Positions 61,379 through 63,502 of a stretch of DNA of 63,502 bases are shown in pieces. A program made the translations under genes and the position numbers. The DNA comes from Verrucomicrobiia bacterium (lineage in GTDB: Bacteria; Verrucomicrobiota; Verrucomicrobiia; Palsa-1439). Each line of letters starts with the position of its first letter. Positions within the stretch are counted from its first letter, which is position 1. Location: the NCBI GenBank assembly GCA_050013395.1, contig JBEKFI010000010.1, forward strand, positions 1 to 63,502, given 5' to 3'. The notes beneath the pieces were generated by a model. It saw only the letters and a program-made list of their open reading frames with translations. It did not search any database and was not told the DNA's origin.

Positions 61379-62310
61379 TGATGGCCTGCCTTTTGCATAA
61401 TGAGTCTGCGAGTTATTGTCAGTGGCAAGGCTAATCCCGCTAGGAGCGGGAGGAGCCGCAGCGAAAGCGAGTCTGAATAGGGCGACCAGTCGCTGGCAAT
61501 AGACCCGAAGCGGAGGCGATCTACGCTTGGCCAGGGTGAAGGCTGGGTAACACCAGCTGGAGGCCCGAACGGGTGAATGTTGAAAAATTCTCCGATGAGT
61601 TGAGCGTAGGAGCGAAAGACTAAACAAGCCCCGTCATAGCTGGTTCTCCCCGAAATATATTGAGGTATAGCGTCCGGCCACTAGCGCGCGGAGGTAGAGC
61701 ACTGGATGGGATAGGAGCCTTACCGGGCTACCGAATCCAACCAAACTCCGAATGCCGCGTTGCACTACCCGGGCAGTCAGACGGTGGGGGATAAGCTTCA
61801 TCGTCGAGAGTGAAACATAAACAGACTATCAGCTAAGGTGCCTAAATGACGTTTAGTGGAAAGGATGTGAGGTTGCTAAGACAGTGAGGATGTTGGCTTA
61901 GAGGCAGCCATCATTTAAACAGTGCGTAACAGCTGACTCATCGAGCGATCTCGCGCCGAAAATGATTGGCGATCAAACGTCATACCGAAGCTATGGATTC
62001 ATTCCCGCCTCGGCGGGAGTGAGTGGTAGGGGAGCGTTCCAAGTACATTGAAGGTGGAAGGTGACTGAAACTGGAGTGCTTGGAAGTGAGAATGCAGACA
62101 CGAGTAGCGATAAAGTCGGTTAAATTCCGACTCGCCGTAAACCCAAGGTTTCCTGGGGAAGGTTCGTCCGCCCAGGGTTAGTCGGGACCTAAGTCGAGGC
62201 CGTAAGGCGTAGATGATGGACGGTTGGTTAATATTCCAACACCACCTTGGTTTAAGCTGTAAGGAACCCAGAAGGGAAAGCGGGCCACCGATTGAAAGTG
62301 GTGGTCGTTG

Positions 62311-62409
62311 CCCAGCCCTTTTAGCTGCTTTCAAGGTTCGTGAGCTAGTCGAAGCACTTGATCGTGCGCAATCTAGCGAGCGACTTGCAAGGCGGTTAAA
62401 AGGGCTGGG
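62311..62409 (+). other. Second 23S insertion with the same terminal inverted repeat as the helix-25 IVS
   Basis: CCCAGCCCTTTT ... AAAAGGGCTGGG encloses 75 nt of imperfect hairpin. It lies in the domain III variable hairpin region between GGTTAATATTCC and AAACCGACACAGGTGG. No ORF. Confidence 0.7.
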
Positions 62410-62788
62410 TGAAGGACGTGGCGACTACGGTCAAAGCGGATCCGCCGCACTCACGCTGGCGAGAAAAGCCTTGCAGTGTTCACCAGGGTGCCCGTACCGG
62501 AAACCGACACAGGTGGGTGAGATGAGTATTCTCAGGCGCGCGAGTGAAATCTCTCTAAGGAACTCGGCACATTAGCCCCGTAACTTCGGAAGAAGGGGCG
62601 CCCCGGAGGGTCAGATTATATCAAAGCCCATTGGGGCCGCAGTGAAAGGCGCTCTACGACTGTTTAACAAAAACACAGCTCTGTGCGAACTCGCAAGAGA
62701 CGGTATACAGAGTGACAAGTGACCAATGCGGAAAGATTAAGGCAAGGGGTCAGTCCCGCGCAAGCGGGGCGAAGCTCTGAACTTAAGT

Positions 62789-62868
<80 letters not shown>

Positions 62869-63384
62869 TTGTAACGAGAGAGCGACTGTCTCGGAGAGAG
62901 GCTCGGCGAAACTGTAGTGGCGGTGAAGATGCCGCCTACCCGCAGTAGGACGGAAAGACCCCGTGCACCTTTACTGTAAGCTGATATTGGACTTTGGTGT
63001 GTGATGCGTAGCGTAGGTGGGACCCTTTGAAACCGAGCTCTCGGGTTCGGCGGAGGGGACAATGAAACACCACTCTTCGCTCATTAAGGTTCTAACCTCG
63101 CGCCGTAATCCGGCCGAGGGACCGTGTCAGCGGGTCAGTTTGACTGGGGCGGTTTCCTCCCAAAGAGTAACGGAGGAGCGCGAAGCTTGGCTCAGCTTGG
63201 TTGGCAATCAAGCGTTGAGGGTATGCCTACAAGCCAGGCTCACTGTGAGACCTACAAGTCGAGCAGACACGAAAGTGGGCGCAAGTGATCCGGCGGTAGA
63301 ATGTGGAATTGCCGTCGCTCATCGGACAAAAGGTACGCCGGGGATAACAGGCTTATCGGGCCCAAGAGTTCACATCGACGGCCC

Positions 63385-63425
<41 letters not shown>

Positions 63426-63457
63426 GAGAAGGTCCCAAGGGTCCGGCTGTTCGCCGG

Positions 63458-63502
<45 letters not shown>

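Overview
This is a high-GC (about 60%) chromosomal segment. It most likely comes from a PVC-superphylum, Verrucomicrobiota-like bacterium; that call is an inference from 16S signatures read by eye, a PEP-CTERM protein and dense GC-rich REP-type hairpin repeats. Most of the content is housekeeping. In order: class II ribonucleotide reductase (open at the window start and missing from the ORF track), der, rsmB, an ECF sigma/anti-sigma envelope module, an Fe-ADH, lepB, an S1 protease-TPR protein, an ArnT-like GT39, an MFS transporter, a CBM9/DUF5916-like protein, and a two-component system next to a 4x PepSY-like protein. These are followed by a YncE-like propeller, a nitrogen cluster (porin, amtB, glnK, amtB, glnK), a NhaD/ArsB-type permease, a GAF histidine kinase, a PadR cassette, a 715-aa GreA-fusion protein, archease and rlmN. 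The last part holds gyrB-HEPN-gyrA, Rrf2, a SAM-I riboswitch in front of a ThrC-like/NIL pair followed by cysD-cysNC, ubiE, tRNA-Ser, cspA and an rrn operon (16S, tRNA-Ala, tRNA-Ile, 23S running off the window end). The most unusual observation is that the 23S gene carries two insertions closed by the same 11-12 bp inverted repeat; the helix-25 insertion encodes a small GIY-YIG nuclease ORF. Other points of interest are two low-GC islets with nuclease-like genes (a split NurA-like gene, and a PD-(D/E)xK-like gene next to a DEDDh exonuclease), an orphan HEPN gene wedged between gyrB and gyrA, and a PadR cassette bracketed by direct repeats of a greA-like 3-prime end. There are also at least two families of REP/MITE-like palindromic repeats. 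Four genes look disrupted: an in-frame stop in the NurA-like gene, a 1-nt frameshift in the porin, a truncated ThrC-like gene and a greA-like fragment. This could be real gene decay or assembly error. I saw no CRISPR array, transposase or integrase.
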